From the NCBI RefSeq assembly GCF_006345805.1, contig NC_042999.1:58652001-58716000 (forward strand): a stretch of DNA of 64,000 nt, written 5' to 3'. Made by a program: the position numbers and the translations under genes. This DNA comes from Octopus sinensis (taxonomy: Eukaryota). This document shows, one piece after another, positions 25,613 through 39,632 of the stretch. Every line of letters begins with the position of its first letter. Positions within the stretch are counted from its first letter, which is position 1. The notes below the pieces were generated by a model. The model was not told the origin of the DNA, ran no database searches, and was given only the letters and a program-made list of their open reading frames with translations.

Positions 25613-27511
25613 TCTGTATGTATGTATGTATGTATGTATGTATGTATGTATGTATGTATGTATGTATGTATGTATGTATGTAGTATGTATGTATGTATGT
25701 ATGTATGTATGCGTTTATGCATGTATATATATTTGTGTATATGCGTTTATGCATGTATATATTTGTATATATGCGTTCATGCATGTATATATATTTGTAT
25801 ATATGCTTTTTATGCATGTATGTATATTTGTATGTATGTATTTATGCATGTATGTTTGTGTATATGTAGTGTGTGTATGTATGCCACTGACTGAAACGAG
25901 TATTAATGAATTTGAAGACTTATTTTGTTCTGTCAGTACAGAGATAATGTGACACTGCTGTTTGGTGCGTGATTATTGTTTGGAACATTTTATTATCCTA
26001 AACAGGCAGACGCACCCTTCTTTCAAAGGCAACCCGGCATTGTATGACGTTCATACCTTTTGCACATATATTTTAGTAACTCAATTAAAGTAAAGTGGTT
26101 TCATCAGAGTATGAAAATCTAGTCAGGAAATCAGGCTTCTCTTTACTAGAAGATTTCATCTACTCGCTGTTGCATACCGACATTTAATATATAAAGTTTT
26201 GTTAATCTACCGTACTATGTTACAATAAACTTCGTATATTTGAACCAGATCTTATGCCACATGGGATATGCCAGTTCGTACGTTTAACGGAAAATACTTC
26301 TTCGAAAAGAGAAATTTAATTTGCTCAATGCTGTCCTAAATATTTTAAATGTATCTATCCGAGGAAGGGATTTGATCGAAATGGTATTACACGAGTCTCC
26401 CCACGGCATATAAACGAGCGTATACAAATTTATGAACCTTATTGGAAGATTTTTGTCGACGTAGGCTAGTACTAGCTTCTACGGATTTTGATTTTTATTT
26501 GCTATGTTACAATACTTTGATAGCAAGCTAAACTAAATCAAGCGGTCACAGCTTTATCGTAATTTCAATCTCTTTTTCTTTCTTTTATACTTTCTAACTA
26601 TATTTCCCCATTGGGTCATTTTACCTTCCAGATGAACGATAAATATAATATGGTTTAAGAACATCTCGTTACAATGAATGTAACCTTAAGCTGTCTTTAA
26701 TGCTAGTTTTCTCGTAGAAATGATAATCAAAAAACCAATGTGGAAAGAAACGAGAGCTTTTGTGTATGAATTCTTCATGAGAACGACAGAAATAGCAGCA
26801 AACTTTTAACAACTTTCTTCCAATATTCTCAATAAATATTTCACCTTTTTTAAAAAAAACGTTATTGCATATGTCATGTTATATTATGTTCCGTATTCAA
26901 TGCTGAATCTAAATTTGTTCGTATGTGGCTGTGCACAATTGCGTATTTGCGAGGGTGTAGAAGTGTATTTATGCGTATGTATGTAGGTATGCACGTGTGG
27001 CGTGCTTATATGTGTTCATACGGGTATTTATATATTGTTATATACTACATACTTTAATACCTTTCTCGTGTATTCAGTGTTCGTATATTACTTTACATTT
27101 GATATTGCATTTCACACTTTTCATACTTCGCATATTATATCGTATTTACAAACGTTATAGATGATATTGTTTGCCACTGAAAAGATATTTTAGCACATGA
27201 CAAAAAAAAAAGAAAGAAAAAAACGCGAAAAAATAAATCTCTGAGAACTAAGAAGATTAAAATCTCCATAACTATTTGGGATTAAACATGTGCTTTCAGC
27301 TCAGGACTTTGGAATTTGCTAATTAGATCACGCAATCATTTCCATACATCGAATGCTCATATGTATTACGTTCTTGGCATGACTGTTTATTCTATTCGCG
27401 AACACACACACACACACATACATGTTCACATACACACACATTCACACGTGCATGATGATCACAAACGTGTGGAAATCAAAGTAGTTAGCGATTTACGCGA
27501 TAAAGTAAGTC

Positions 27512-28075
27512 TTGGGTTGTCCGGAAAGTTCGTGCCGATTTATAGCAGCTTACCTTTCGACTTATTTTAGAACATCGTTGAATCCATAAAATAGGATTTG
27601 ACTATACCTCCATTTAGAGCACAGTTTAGGCTATCTTTTCGTGGAAGAAGATTTATATTCCTATAACCTGTGTTAATTCTGTAACCCTTTAAAATGGAAG
27701 ATAAGAAAGTTCTTTTTCGGCACTTGATGCTTTGGGAACCAGACAAAAATTACTGCAGCTTGGCTGGGAAGTGTTACCCCACTCTCCATTTTCACCAGAT
27801 ATTACTCCTTCGGATTTCCACTTATTCAGGTCTCTGCAGAATAGTCTTAACGGTAAAAATTTCAATTCCTTGGATGACGTAAAAAGATACCTTGATGAAT
27901 TCTTTGCCATAAACCACCTCAATTCTGGGAAGAGGGTATTTTCAAGTTAAAGGAAAGACGGAGATGCATTGTGCAACAAAATGGTTCATATTCGGTTGAT
28001 TAAAAATGTAATGGCAAGTATTTATTGACCTTTTGTTTCCTTTAAAAATCGGCACGAACTTTCCGGACAACCGAA
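27512..28075 (+). mobile_element. Internally deleted mariner (564 bp) with intact TIRs
   Basis: TIRs ttgggttgtccggaaagttcgtgccgattt / aaatcggcacgaactttccggacaaccgaa. N-terminus MEDKKVLFRHLMLW is fused to C-terminal LGWEVLPHSPFSPDITPSDFHLFRSLQNSL. Confidence 0.92.
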
Positions 28076-28399
28076 TATTTATTGAGAACGTCAGTTGTTC
28101 CTTTGTATTTCAGAATGTATACACACACACACACACATATAGCTAGGCACAGGCATCGCAGCGTGGTTTTAAAAGGCTCACTTTGTAAGAATGTGGCTTC
28201 GGGTTTAGTGCTTATGCTTCTCCCACATGCTGACACCACTTACTAATGGGTGCTGTTTCGTTATCATCCGCTTCCATAACATAGCAGCTCGGCAAATGAG
28301 AATTAAAAAACAAGTCTCATACTACAAATAATTTCTGGAGTCGAATTGTTGGACAAAACTTATCAACGCCGCTGTCCAATGACTGAAAGAAGTAAAACG

Positions 28400-28610
28400 C
28401 AATGGCCCAGTGGTTAGTGCAACGGACTCGCGGTCGTAAGAACGCGGTTTTGATTCCCAAACCGGGCATTGTGAGAGTTTATTGAGCAAAAACACCTAAG
28501 CCCCACGAGGCTCCGGCGTGTATGTGGGGGCGAGTGGGTGTGGATGGGGGTGTGTGGGTGAACCCCGCCGTACTCTTTCACCACAACTTTCTCTCACTCT
28601 TCCTACTTCT
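28400..28610 (+). mobile_element. SINE family C (head C1), 3'-truncated; preceded by an old family A copy (about 28145-28397)
   Basis: aatggcccagtggttag..gactcgcggtcgt..ttgattcccaaaccggg..gtactctttcaccacaactttctctcactc. Confidence 0.75.
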
Positions 28611-28633
28611 GCCACAAAGCAGAGGAACCATGA

Positions 28634-30660
28634 TGTAACGCACTATGGTGTGGTCAACTTTCAGGCCCTAGTCTAGATTGAGAATCCTCTGTACCCCAGG
28701 ATGGTTCAGCTCTCCACCCGTTAAAAGCCACTGTTTATGAAATAAAGATAACAACGTAGCTTTCGCACCCGTGCAACCGCCAGTCTATCGCGTGTGATGG
28801 GTGGATCTTCAAGTTGCCCCACGCATTCTTAGTAGCTTAGAGTAGGCCCGAATTAGAGATTATTCTTTGTGGCTAATAGCGTGAGTGCTGATTGGGAGAA
28901 GAAGAAGAAGAAGAAGAACAGTAGCTGAAGTAAGGAAGTAAGTGTTTTGTTAGTCTGACCCAACTATTTTACGAATGTATGACAGGCTTTGGTGGCGACC
29001 TACTGAAAGATGTATACCGCAACTGGGAGTAGAAGTGTATTCCTAGGAAGGGAGAGATAGCGTTTTGAGAAAGCGCCCCCCCCCACACCAAGAAAAAAAG
29101 GTGCGTAAATACGATAAAGTCAGGCTCACCATAACGCTGGTGAAAGCATAGTTTAAAAATTTCGTCAAGATTAGCACAAACATAACCAAACGATTTTGGT
29201 ACTGGTCATCGGTGGTTTGGTCAGTGAAGTACAAACCAAACCAATTCCGAACTGACACGTCTACGATTAATCATATTTCATGTTGTAGATCATAGAGGGT
29301 GTAATAAGACTAACTTCGCAACCTTGGACAATTAATCTGGATCAGCTACATGCTTTCGATGGGGTCAAATATTAATATTTGCGGCTACCCTCACGGTAAC
29401 TGGTTTTCGTCTCATTTCCAGATGATGGATGGCAGCAATGTACATCCGTATCTGATATGATGTCAGAGTGAAATGCTGCCTCTCTTGAAACACATTTGAA
29501 TCTCGTCCTCAAGGAGATATTATCTGTGAAGGATATATCTTAGATTTCCTGTATGTGCTAACCTATTTCTTCATTACCCAAAAGGGGCTAAACATAGAGG
29601 GGACAAACAAGGACAGACATAGGTATTAAGTCGATTACATCGACCCCAGTGCGTAACTGGTACTTAATTTATCGACCCCGAAAGGATGAAAGGCAAAGTC
29701 GACCTCGGCGGAATTTGAACTCAGAACGTAGCGGCAGGCGAAATACCGCTCAGCATTTCGTCCGGCGCGCTAACGTTTCTGCCAGCTCGCCGCCTTTCCT
29801 GTATGTGCTAACCGTTGAACTAATTCTGCAGAAAGCTGATCTATTGTGAGGCATCCCTTTCGAATTGAGATGTGGAGAACCATATTAGCGTGTGTCGACA
29901 AAGCCACTGCAGTGGTGTCTGGCACCACGGATATCGAGGTAGTTGGAAACATCGTAAATGAAAACGGAACGGTGTCAAGAGAAAAGATTAATCTGGCCTA
30001 ATCGGCGGGTTTGCAACTTAGCAAGTCCCTGTCATTCAGTTGGGCACTGAATGGGTGGTAAATTTAAACTGTCCAGATTTAATTCGGTCCCGATCTGTAT
30101 CTGTACAGGAACTGGAACGAGGTTACGAAAAAAGGCGGCCAGTCAGTGATATCTTCTCGTCCTTTTGGGGGACTAAGATCAAGCAACATAGAAAGGTCTA
30201 GAATCGGAAAAGAGCCCTTACACAGTCTCTGAGTGTTCACCGTACCTTGCCTTTATTTTCGTATGGATTGATTGGAACACCAGCGTTCCATTATTTATGC
30301 ATTCCGTCTGCTGTTAACGTCCTCTACACTGGGTGTACTGTATGCCGTGATTGTTGATGTGCATACATGTGCTGAGATTATGGCACTAGCGGTGAGCGGT
30401 TGTGGTTTCCGTTCTTAAGACTTGTCCATATACAGTTCGTTTTATTTGGAGGATTTACAAAACTGGGTGCCTCCCATTTGAAATTTTACCAGCCTCTCTT
30501 CACCCAGTCGGGTAGCATTACTAGTGGAAGTTCGCCGTTAGTAATCCATAGATGACTAGTTTCAGAAAAGTATGACAACGTTATTGGGTAAAACTTTGGG
30601 TGCTAGCGAGAATGAACCAGTTGGTCAGTTCTGGGGAAGTTTCAAGCTGGAGTGTTTGGT
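28634..30660 (+). mobile_element. Possible degenerate LTR-retrotransposon (Gypsy-like) remnant
   Basis: 351-bp TG..CA segment (28634-28984) followed by PBS-like tggtggcgacc; weak RT-like peptides TF..DI..LDFLYV and DIEVVGNIVNENG..EKI. No second LTR is seen. Confidence 0.3.
29564..29794 (-). mobile_element. tRNA-derived SINE family B with perfect 19-bp TSD
   Basis: TSD tttcctgtatgtgctaacc at 29545-29563 and 29795-29813; head ggcggcgagctggcagaaacgttagc..gagttcaaattcc; core ttgcctttcatcctttcggggtcgataaattaagtacc. Confidence 0.92.
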
Positions 30661-30689
30661 GAAATTGCAGAAGTTTTTGACATGGCAAT

Positions 30690-31334
30690 AATACAGACAT
30701 AAGTGCCGTTAGTAGGACAGTCATATCAATGAAGAGGCATGATCTTTATCTGAAGTCTTTCAATATAATGTCTGGCCTATTCGCATCTATCTTTTTGTCA
30801 TTTTGAATGGTGAAGTTTCAGAGGAATGAGATCTGGTCATTCTCAAGCACTGGAGGTGGTTTGTGTTCCCACCAGTTTTTATCATGGGCATGTCCAAATT
30901 TTTGCAAATTACCCAGCGAATATATAGTGCTGCTCTATCATACCTGTTGCGTTACTCTGTAGGCGCAAGAAGACTGCACATGGAGACAACATGATCAATG
31001 GTTTCATTCCATTGTTTTCATACACGAAATGTTGGTCTATTGCCGTTCTTTGATATGTTGGCCTGGTAGCTACTTGTAGGTAGGCATTGATCTTGGGCTG
31101 CTATGATAAACGCTTCTGTTTCTGATTTTAAGCCAGGAGACACCAACCATAATTAGGTAAGGACTTTGTCAACATCGGCATTATTAGCTCTCTTTGGGTA
31201 TTTGCCATTGAGAGGTTTTTTTCTTTTACCTTTGTGAGTAAGAATATGTAAGGCAGCAGTCTTAGCACAAATCTTCATACCCTTAGCTTTCTCTGTGCTT
31301 TTTTTCAGTACGTCTAATTCTGGGATTTGTTGTG
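30690..31334 (-). mobile_element. R4/Dong-clade non-LTR retrotransposon fragment (CCHC knuckle plus restriction-like endonuclease)
   Basis: Minus strand: GLKSETEAFIIAAQDQCL, ETIDHVVSMCSLLAPTE*RNRYDRAA, WWEHKPPPVLEND, NRPDIILKD..CLFIDM; multiple stops. Confidence 0.88.
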
Positions 31335-31357
31335 TTATTATTATTATTATTATTATT

Positions 31358-31881
31358 GAGTGAGAGAGCAGTGCATGCCATCAAAGTGACACTGGGGTAA
31401 AATATACGAAGCCCAGTATACCCATCATGACTACCTGTCTGATAAGGGTACACTAGGCAAATGCATCACAACAATATGTGTGCGACATGGTGATCTCATA
31501 TCAAGATAAACAGCACATGACCTTGTAGGTGAGGCCCAGTTAGAATTTTCTTCTGGTCGAGTAGGCCATCCCGCTCAAAAGGTCCCTGAATAATGGTTTC
31601 CAGAGGTGAATTATTCAAACCCCAAAGAATACCTCTCAACACATGGCTATGATGCTCCGCCACTACTTCTGCTCGTCATCAGAGATGCACATATCGTCAG
31701 CCACTAAGGGACATGCTCAACTGGTTAAGGTCAAACAAATGACAAGCAAATCTGTGGTATTGAGCAGAATATTTGCTGTAGCCCATCTTAAATACCAAGA
31801 CACAACAATGTACATGATAAAACTTCCAATCAGTTAAGATCAGAAGCCATGAGAGCCACTGTCTGGTACTGCATCAGGACA
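31358..31881 (-). mobile_element. Non-coding repeat E (about 524 bp) flanked on both sides by (TAA)n
   Basis: (TTA)n at 31335-31357 and from 31882; a second partial copy is at 24775-25145; no credible ORF. Orientation is inferred. Confidence 0.75.
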
Positions 31882-31991
31882 TTTATTATTATTATTATTA
31901 TGATTATGATTATTATTATTATTATTATATTATTATTATTATATCGGCCCTTGTGGCTAGTAAAGGACTACTACTACTAGTACAACAAAAC

Positions 31992-32068
<77 letters not shown>

Positions 32069-32093
32069 ACTACTACTACTACTACTACTACTA

Positions 32094-32170
<77 letters not shown>

Positions 32171-32190
32171 ATACTAATACTACTACTGTT
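31882..32190. repeat. (TAT)n then alternating (CTA)n/(CTG)n blocks
   Basis: Directly visible; explains the poly-L/Y/C ORF 31953..32171. Confidence 0.95.
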
Positions 32191-33024
32191 TGTACGATTC
32201 CGTTTATGTAATACGACATTGTATTGTCCTGAAAAGTCCCCTATGTTTTTTTTGACCCCTTACTGGTAAATAAGGTAAGTACTATTACTATGATTGGATT
32301 TTATCGTTGTAGTTATTGTTGTTATTGTGGTTGATGTCGTTGTTGTGATTGTTGCTGTTGTTGTTCCTCTTCTCCTTATCATTATTTGTGGTTGTTGATG
32401 AGAACCGTTGCATTAATGTCTGTCGCTGGAAGGATGTAGTGTAAATAAATGATTATTCATTATAGCAGAAACTGGTTGGATTATTAAAAACTCATGCAAA
32501 CACCTGTATACACACAAACACACACACACACACACACACACACATGCGCATACATACTCAAATACATACATACACACGTTTTGTCATTTACTGGAAACAG
32601 CCTCGTACATATTCAGATCGAAAAACACATATTTACATATACATACACTCACAGGCATGTATGTTCATGTATGGCCTTCTTTCGCATATACATACAAATG
32701 CTCATAGAGGAAAATACTCACGCATAAACAGATAAACAGACTTACACACTCATACACATAAACAAGTTGTCATGAACACTAGAGCGGGCACGGATATGTA
32801 TTTGTATGTATATGCACACATATAATCACAGACACACACACACACGTACGCGCACACACACACACACACACACACACAACACACACACACACACGTGTGT
32901 ATGTACATACATATATATGTGCACTCGCGCACGTGTATATATATATATATAGGCATATGTATATATGCTTATGTATATATATATATATGTATATATATAT
33001 TCATATAGGCATATGTATATATGC

Positions 33025-33090
<66 letters not shown>

Positions 33091-33899
33091 TCATATAGGC
33101 ATATGTATATATGCATATGTATACACACGTGTATATATATATACAAGCATATATATGTGCCTATGTTTGTGTTTGCATATATGCTTATATGCATATATAT
33201 AACTCTATATACATACATATCATATATATATATATGTATGTATGTATGCCTATACGTATTATGTATGATATATTTATATATATATATATATATATATATC
33301 ATATATCCTACATACTTACATACTCCAACACAAATACTTATAGCTACGCATATATATGCTCATACAAAGGGTTACACATAGTAATTTCGATATCAGAGTT
33401 TCATCTAATGACTTCGATGGCGGATGATAAGCGAGAAAAGGAAAGACCGAAAAGAGCTAGAGCGATACAGAGAGAGAGAGAGAGAGATACGGTAAGATGT
33501 ATAAGGAATGAAAGTTGTAAAAGAGAAATATTATAGTAAGAAAGTGACAAGTACCTGAACGGACGGAATATTTGAATAGCTGTAGGAAATAACAGGGGGA
33601 TGTAAGGTAGAGGGCGTTTGTGTTGATTACATTGGATCGTTGCCAAATTGCAATGAAAGCTGGGTAATATTAGTTTTGCCTCTGTTTATAGGATTTCATC
33701 GGAATATCAGGAGATATTTAATCAAACAAGCGTTCTGTTCTTGATAGTGATCTATCTATTCAATTGCTAACGAGTATTTGTCCATTTTTTAAAAATATTG
33801 TCTTTACTTTCACGTTTGTGGTCGGCTCCATTCTGAGATGGGGAGGTACGTGGTGGCAACACGAGAATCCATTAACGTAGACAAGGCGGTGTGATTACA

Positions 33900-34990
33900 A
33901 TTCAGTAATTGGAGAGGCAAATTGTTGCTAGTTGATGCTCTCCCTCACTGGACCGTGGGACCCATTATATTGTTCAGTGTCTTGTGGTTAAAATTAAAAG
34001 GAAATTCTCAAGCAAAGGAGTCGGTTTTATTTAGAATTTGGCTACGAGAAAACTGTCCTTGTTATGTTGGACCAAAGTGGTGAATGTCTATAATCCTTCG
34101 GTAATGAAGTAACCCCTGCCGGTCTTGCTTTGCCATGCGAAACATATGACCAACGCTCCTTTCAAAGGGTTATCGGGAATACATGGTTGAATATATACAA
34201 GCACAGGCTGAAGTTGACACATCTGCAGAGATTTCTGCATAAAGACATCGGTGACAATGTGTAGAAGCCGGTCAGGGGTTACATTTACCTGCAGCTTGTT
34301 TTTTCAACGAGCTGGATGCAAAGCTTAAAGGTACATCGAGTTTGGGCGTTTAGCATCTGGGACACTACAAATCACTCAATGAATTAACCAGGTAGAAGCT
34401 CAACCTTTATAGAATAGGGATAGGATATGAGTAACGGTGGTTTAGGAGGTGATCCGAGCGCCAATGAAGGTAATCTGAATAGTTTCTTATAGAAAACTAT
34501 GAGTTAAGAAATTACAAACAATTTGCAAATTCCCTCGGTCTAGCAATGGTACAGAAGGATTTAGTTTGTGATAAACTCTATAGGTATGGCCGCGTTGGAT
34601 CCACCAATAAGTGCACTAGTCAGTGATACGCATATTGGGACGAAACAGTTCGCCACATGCCTGTTTAAACAAAATGAAGGTGAATGTATGAGAGGATTAC
34701 AAAATACAGTGCCTTCTTGCTAAATGAAAAAGCTAAGTGATTTCCATATGTCCTGGAAAGAGAAATTGGAGGAAGTTGTGGTCGATCTATGGAAGGATGC
34801 GTTTGTCAACTAAGTCAGGGCATATGCAAGCGTGTGCCGAATGGTTAACATTGAGAGCCAAATGAGGAGAGAAGTACAAGTAGACTGCCATAGGCCACTA
34901 TGATATACTGGAGTCGTACCGTTTTGAGGGAGGAAAGAGGTCATCCAGATTGTTCACGCAGGGTAATAGCACAGTCAATATACGTGTGAT
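33900..34990 (-). mobile_element. Highly decayed Penelope-like RT/GIY-YIG remnant
   Basis: Weak motifs in the expected order on the minus strand: YID.., ILP*ID (LPFLD-like), PKPPLLISY, GKC.., KTGR..ITE. Heavily frameshifted. Confidence 0.35.
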
Positions 34991-34994
34991 AGGC

Positions 34995-35266
34995 AATATT
35001 GCTCCTTCGGATTTCCACTTAGTCAGGTCTCTGCAGAAATAGTCTTAATGGTAAAAATTTCAATTCCTTGGATGATGTCAAAAGATACCTTGATGAATTC
35101 TTTGCCATGAAACCACCTCAATTCTGGGAAGAGGGTATTTTCAAGTTAAAGGAAAGATGGAGACGCATTGTGCAAGAAAATGATTCATACTTGGTTGATT
35201 AAAAATGTAATGGCAAGTATTTATCGACCTTTTTCTTTGCTTTAAAAATCGGCACGGACAACTCAA
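34995..35266 (+). mobile_element. Mariner 3' fragment, same family as 27512-28075
   Basis: Near-identical gctccttcggatttccactt..gaagagggtattttcaagttaaagg..aaaaatcggcac; right TIR partly deleted. Confidence 0.88.
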
Positions 35267-35635
35267 TATTATTACTTAGATGTTAATACCACATCTGAGA
35301 CATATGTATACCAAAGTGAAACGGAGAAAAATGCTGAATAAGAAAGCGAAGTAAGAAGGATATATGTATATGATCACAACTGTCCGACGAGCGGTTTTTG
35401 TGACGATTTTTCAGGTTTAATAAAAAGCATACTACTCTATCTTTGGTATTCGAGTACAATTTTCTCCACCTTGTTTTCCATCTATGCGCTTACTCGTGTG
35501 TGTGTATGTATGTATGTATGTATGTATGTATGTATGTATATATGTATGTATGTATGTATGTATGGTTGATATATCTAGCTATCTATCCATATCTATATAT
35601 GCAGTCACACACAGACGTAGATGCAGGCACAAACA

Positions 35636-35673
<38 letters not shown>

Positions 35674-36385
35674 CTTACAGAGAACGCTCTGACAACACAC
35701 ACACACACACACCAATGAGGGAGATACATAGACAGAATAAAATGATAAATAGAATAGATAGGTAGAATGAGAGAGAGAGAGAGAGAGAAAGAGTGAAACA
35801 GATTAAAATAGAAAGAATCAGAGATAAATAAGAGGAATAAAGAAAAAAACCTCCCCAATTTGGCATTTATTAGTCTTTCGACAACGATTGACAATCTGAA
35901 GAGTATGACTCACATTCTGTTCGATTTTATACACTGAAGCTATGAAGAGAAACTTCTTTGTAATCATACGTGTTATGTCTGTGTGTCATTATATAGAAAG
36001 GCCAAGATATTGTAAGGAAGTGAAAGAGAATGATAGAGAAAGATGAGTTAAGAAAGGGAGAATGAGAGAGTAGGATAGAGATATATAGAGAGAGCGGGAG
36101 AGTGAGAGATACCTAGAGGCTTTCAAATGTTTTGTTTACCATGTGTAAACTAATATTTACGCACACATCCACAGCAATACACACGCGCACACCGTACATA
36201 AACAATCGTTTCCTTTCACATGGATATGCGAACACACAAACACGTATGTGTTCAAACAAATAGAGAACCATTATACTGCAGCTGTACCTTGAAGGATAAA
36301 ATGCAATAGCAATATCCATACATACCTACATACGTGATTGCAGCAACCTGTACATATGTACATACATACATACATACATACATAT

Positions 36386-36426
<41 letters not shown>

Positions 36427-37022
36427 AGATTATACGCATTTATGTGCATATATGTGTAATTACGTGTATATATATGTATATGCACATATATATATATAAA
36501 TATATATTTTTCATGTGTCTATGTATATATGTATATGTACACGTGTGTGTGTGTGTGTGTGTGCCTTGTGTGGGTTTGTATATGCAAGTTTTGTGTACAT
36601 GGTCGTGTTCTGATAGATATAGATCGCCGGCGTTGTCGTCGTTTCGTGATGTGAATCCTCTCTAATGAAATGAAAAGTTAGGAGGTCAAGAGGTTAGAAC
36701 TCTTCATATAAACGCCATCGGGTTCTGAGTGAAAGAACATTGCTTTCAGTATTTTTTTTTATTCTTCTCTTAACCCCCACCATTTCTCCCTCTCTCTCTC
36801 TCCCTCGCTCTCCCTTTCCTTTTGTCTATTCTCTGCTCATCTTATCTAGTCACAAAGATATTCATGTAAACACACATGCTGACACCATATACACTCTCAC
36901 ACACATCTATATATGTTCACACACACATATATATATACACATATATAGGAAGAGATTTATAGTATGATTTGTTGATAAATTGGTACATGGATGGGTAGTC
37001 AGATAGCTAGTTATGTCGACAG

Positions 37023-37158
<136 letters not shown>

Positions 37159-38237
37159 GTAATGGTTGGATAGAAAGACGTATTTTTATGTCCACATACT
37201 TATATTGAATGTTTAATCCGTCAGCTCTGTTGTTCAGCAAGGTTTCTATCCATACAGATATTAATAAATTTGCTTCATATATACCAAACGTGTTAGTCTG
37301 AAGCCATACATGAATAGTTAAATTGTGTTTATCTGACATAAATCTATATATGTAGATGTTGCAAGCGTAGTACAGATAAGAGTTGATCAATCAGTCTGGC
37401 ACCATCTTGGCTAGAGTGTAAATAGACTTAATTGCCATAACTATCAACACTAACCTTCATTTTTTTTCTTCTTTCTTCCAGTCGCGTAGATATCATTGGA
37501 GATAACCATCCTTTGAATCTCAGATACAATTTCTGGTACCTGATTAACGTAGGACATTCATAGTAATCAACTTGATTTTGGAATAAAGCGCTCTATTATA
37601 TTATCTACCAAACGAAAAGGAAGTCAAACACACAATCAAATGACTTCCGGTCTGATATCCATCTGTCTGCATACCAAATTACAATGTTGTAGATAAGGAT
37701 ACTCTGAGCTTGTTGCAGATTTGTCCCTTAATTCAGTAGCGATTGGGTAGATAAATAATCGAAAGTGTTCAAGCCTAAATAACCTAATGTGTCTTTTTAG
37801 GCACGTTGTTATCGATTGTTCCCAATTACGAAAGATTGTAAGGAGTGATTTGACCCTAATTTGGTTACTATTTCTAGCTGTCCACGTTAAATCTCTCCAG
37901 TACGCGTTGTATCAATTAGTTGTTGTTTGCTTTTGTCTGTTGTTGTTATCATTGCTATCCAGTTCGATCAGACCTAACATGAAAGCGAAAAAAGCCAAGC
38001 CCTTTTGGACACTGGGGATATCTGTTTGGGTAAGGAATTCCCTTCAAAGCTGTATAGTTTTGAGTTCGATCTTGGTGCGCAATGCATTACACTATAGTTT
38101 CAGTTTGAGCAATAACATGTGAATGGTAGTGGCGATTTTTCTAATCTACATTTAAAATTCATCCATGTACTCGACTTCCGGTTGGTTTGGCATATAAACC
38201 CTAAAAAACTTTTATGATTTAAACACTTTTAGTCCTG

Positions 38238-38397
38238 AACCACATGGTTCCGGGTTCAGTCCTATTGTGTGGCACCTTGGGCAAGTGTCTTCTACAATAA
38301 CCTCGGGCCGACCAAAGCCTTGTGAGTGGATTTGGTAGACGGAAACTAAAGAAGCCCGTCGTATATATGTATATATGTATATATATATATATTATAT

Positions 38398-38432
<35 letters not shown>

Positions 38433-38652
38433 GTATGTTTGTGTGTCTGTGTTTGTCCCCCCCCCAACGTTGCTTGACAACTGATGCTGGTGTGTTTACG
38501 TCCCCGTAACTTAGCAGTTCGGCAAAAGAGACAGATAGAATAAGTACTAGGCTTACAAAGAATAAGTCCTGGGTTGATTTGCTCGACTAAAAGGTGGTGC
38601 TCCAGCATGGCCACAGTCAAAGGACTGAAACAAGTAAAAGAGTAAAATAGTA
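38238..38652 (+). mobile_element. SINE family A, 5'-truncated
   Basis: Starts aaccacatggttccgggttcagtcc; core and tail intact. Confidence 0.9.
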
Positions 38653-39558
38653 ATATATATATATATATATATGCTGTGCTTAGCAGAAACTCTGTACGAA
38701 ACTGAATAAAATCAGTATGATATTAAAAGAAAACCCACAAATTTATTAACCGCTACTTTGTTTAAACAAGCCTATTTACAATGTATTTTATTTTCCTGAT
38801 TCTGCACTTATCTTCTACGCTCCTATTTCCTTTATCACTTCATTAAGGTCCCTTCATATAGCTACCCTCTTTGGTCGTCCAATTAGATATTTTGTAAAAT
38901 ATTGATTACTGGTACTATATTCTCTTCTTCAGGTCGTCGAGTAAAACATTTTATGCAATATTGACACTTTATATTCTTTTAACGTAATTTAATATACATT
39001 TACTAAAATAATTATTTAAAGAGTTTACATATGTACACTTAACGACATAGAGAGAAAACAATAAAAGACAAGCAAAACAATATAAAAATAAAACGACTGA
39101 AATACATTTCCATTTCGCTCACTTCATACAATAGATGCTCTTTCATTATGACTTCTATGTCACCTTTATTTTAAATATAATCATTTCCAATACATTGCCA
39201 TCTTTAATTGCCTTTGAGACACCCTTCTGACTTGTCATAATTTGCACATTTCAATCAATCATGCAAACCATTATACCGTTTTTGTTTTCAAAGAGGTCTC
39301 TCCTTTTTTACTTGATTCAGTCATAGAATTGCGGCCATGTCGGAGCACTGCCTTGAAAGAGTTTTGTAGAACAAACCGATCCTGGTACTTGCTTTTTTTT
39401 TTAAATTTAAAGTTTCATACTGTTTTCAATTGTTTGTTGGGAAAAGAGAGTGACAAGCACTAACACAAACGCCTCACACACTCTTACATATATATCTATA
39501 TACGACGGACTTCCGCACGGTTTCCGTATGCTAAATTCGTTCACATGTATTGGTCACC

Positions 39559-39631
<73 letters not shown>

Positions 39632-39632
<1 letters not shown>

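Noticed and set aside
31820-31881. Faint resemblance of the element E end to U2 snRNA (atcagttaagatcaga; ctggtactgca)
   Set aside because: Short, gapped matches with no Sm site or branch-point pairing region; likely chance.
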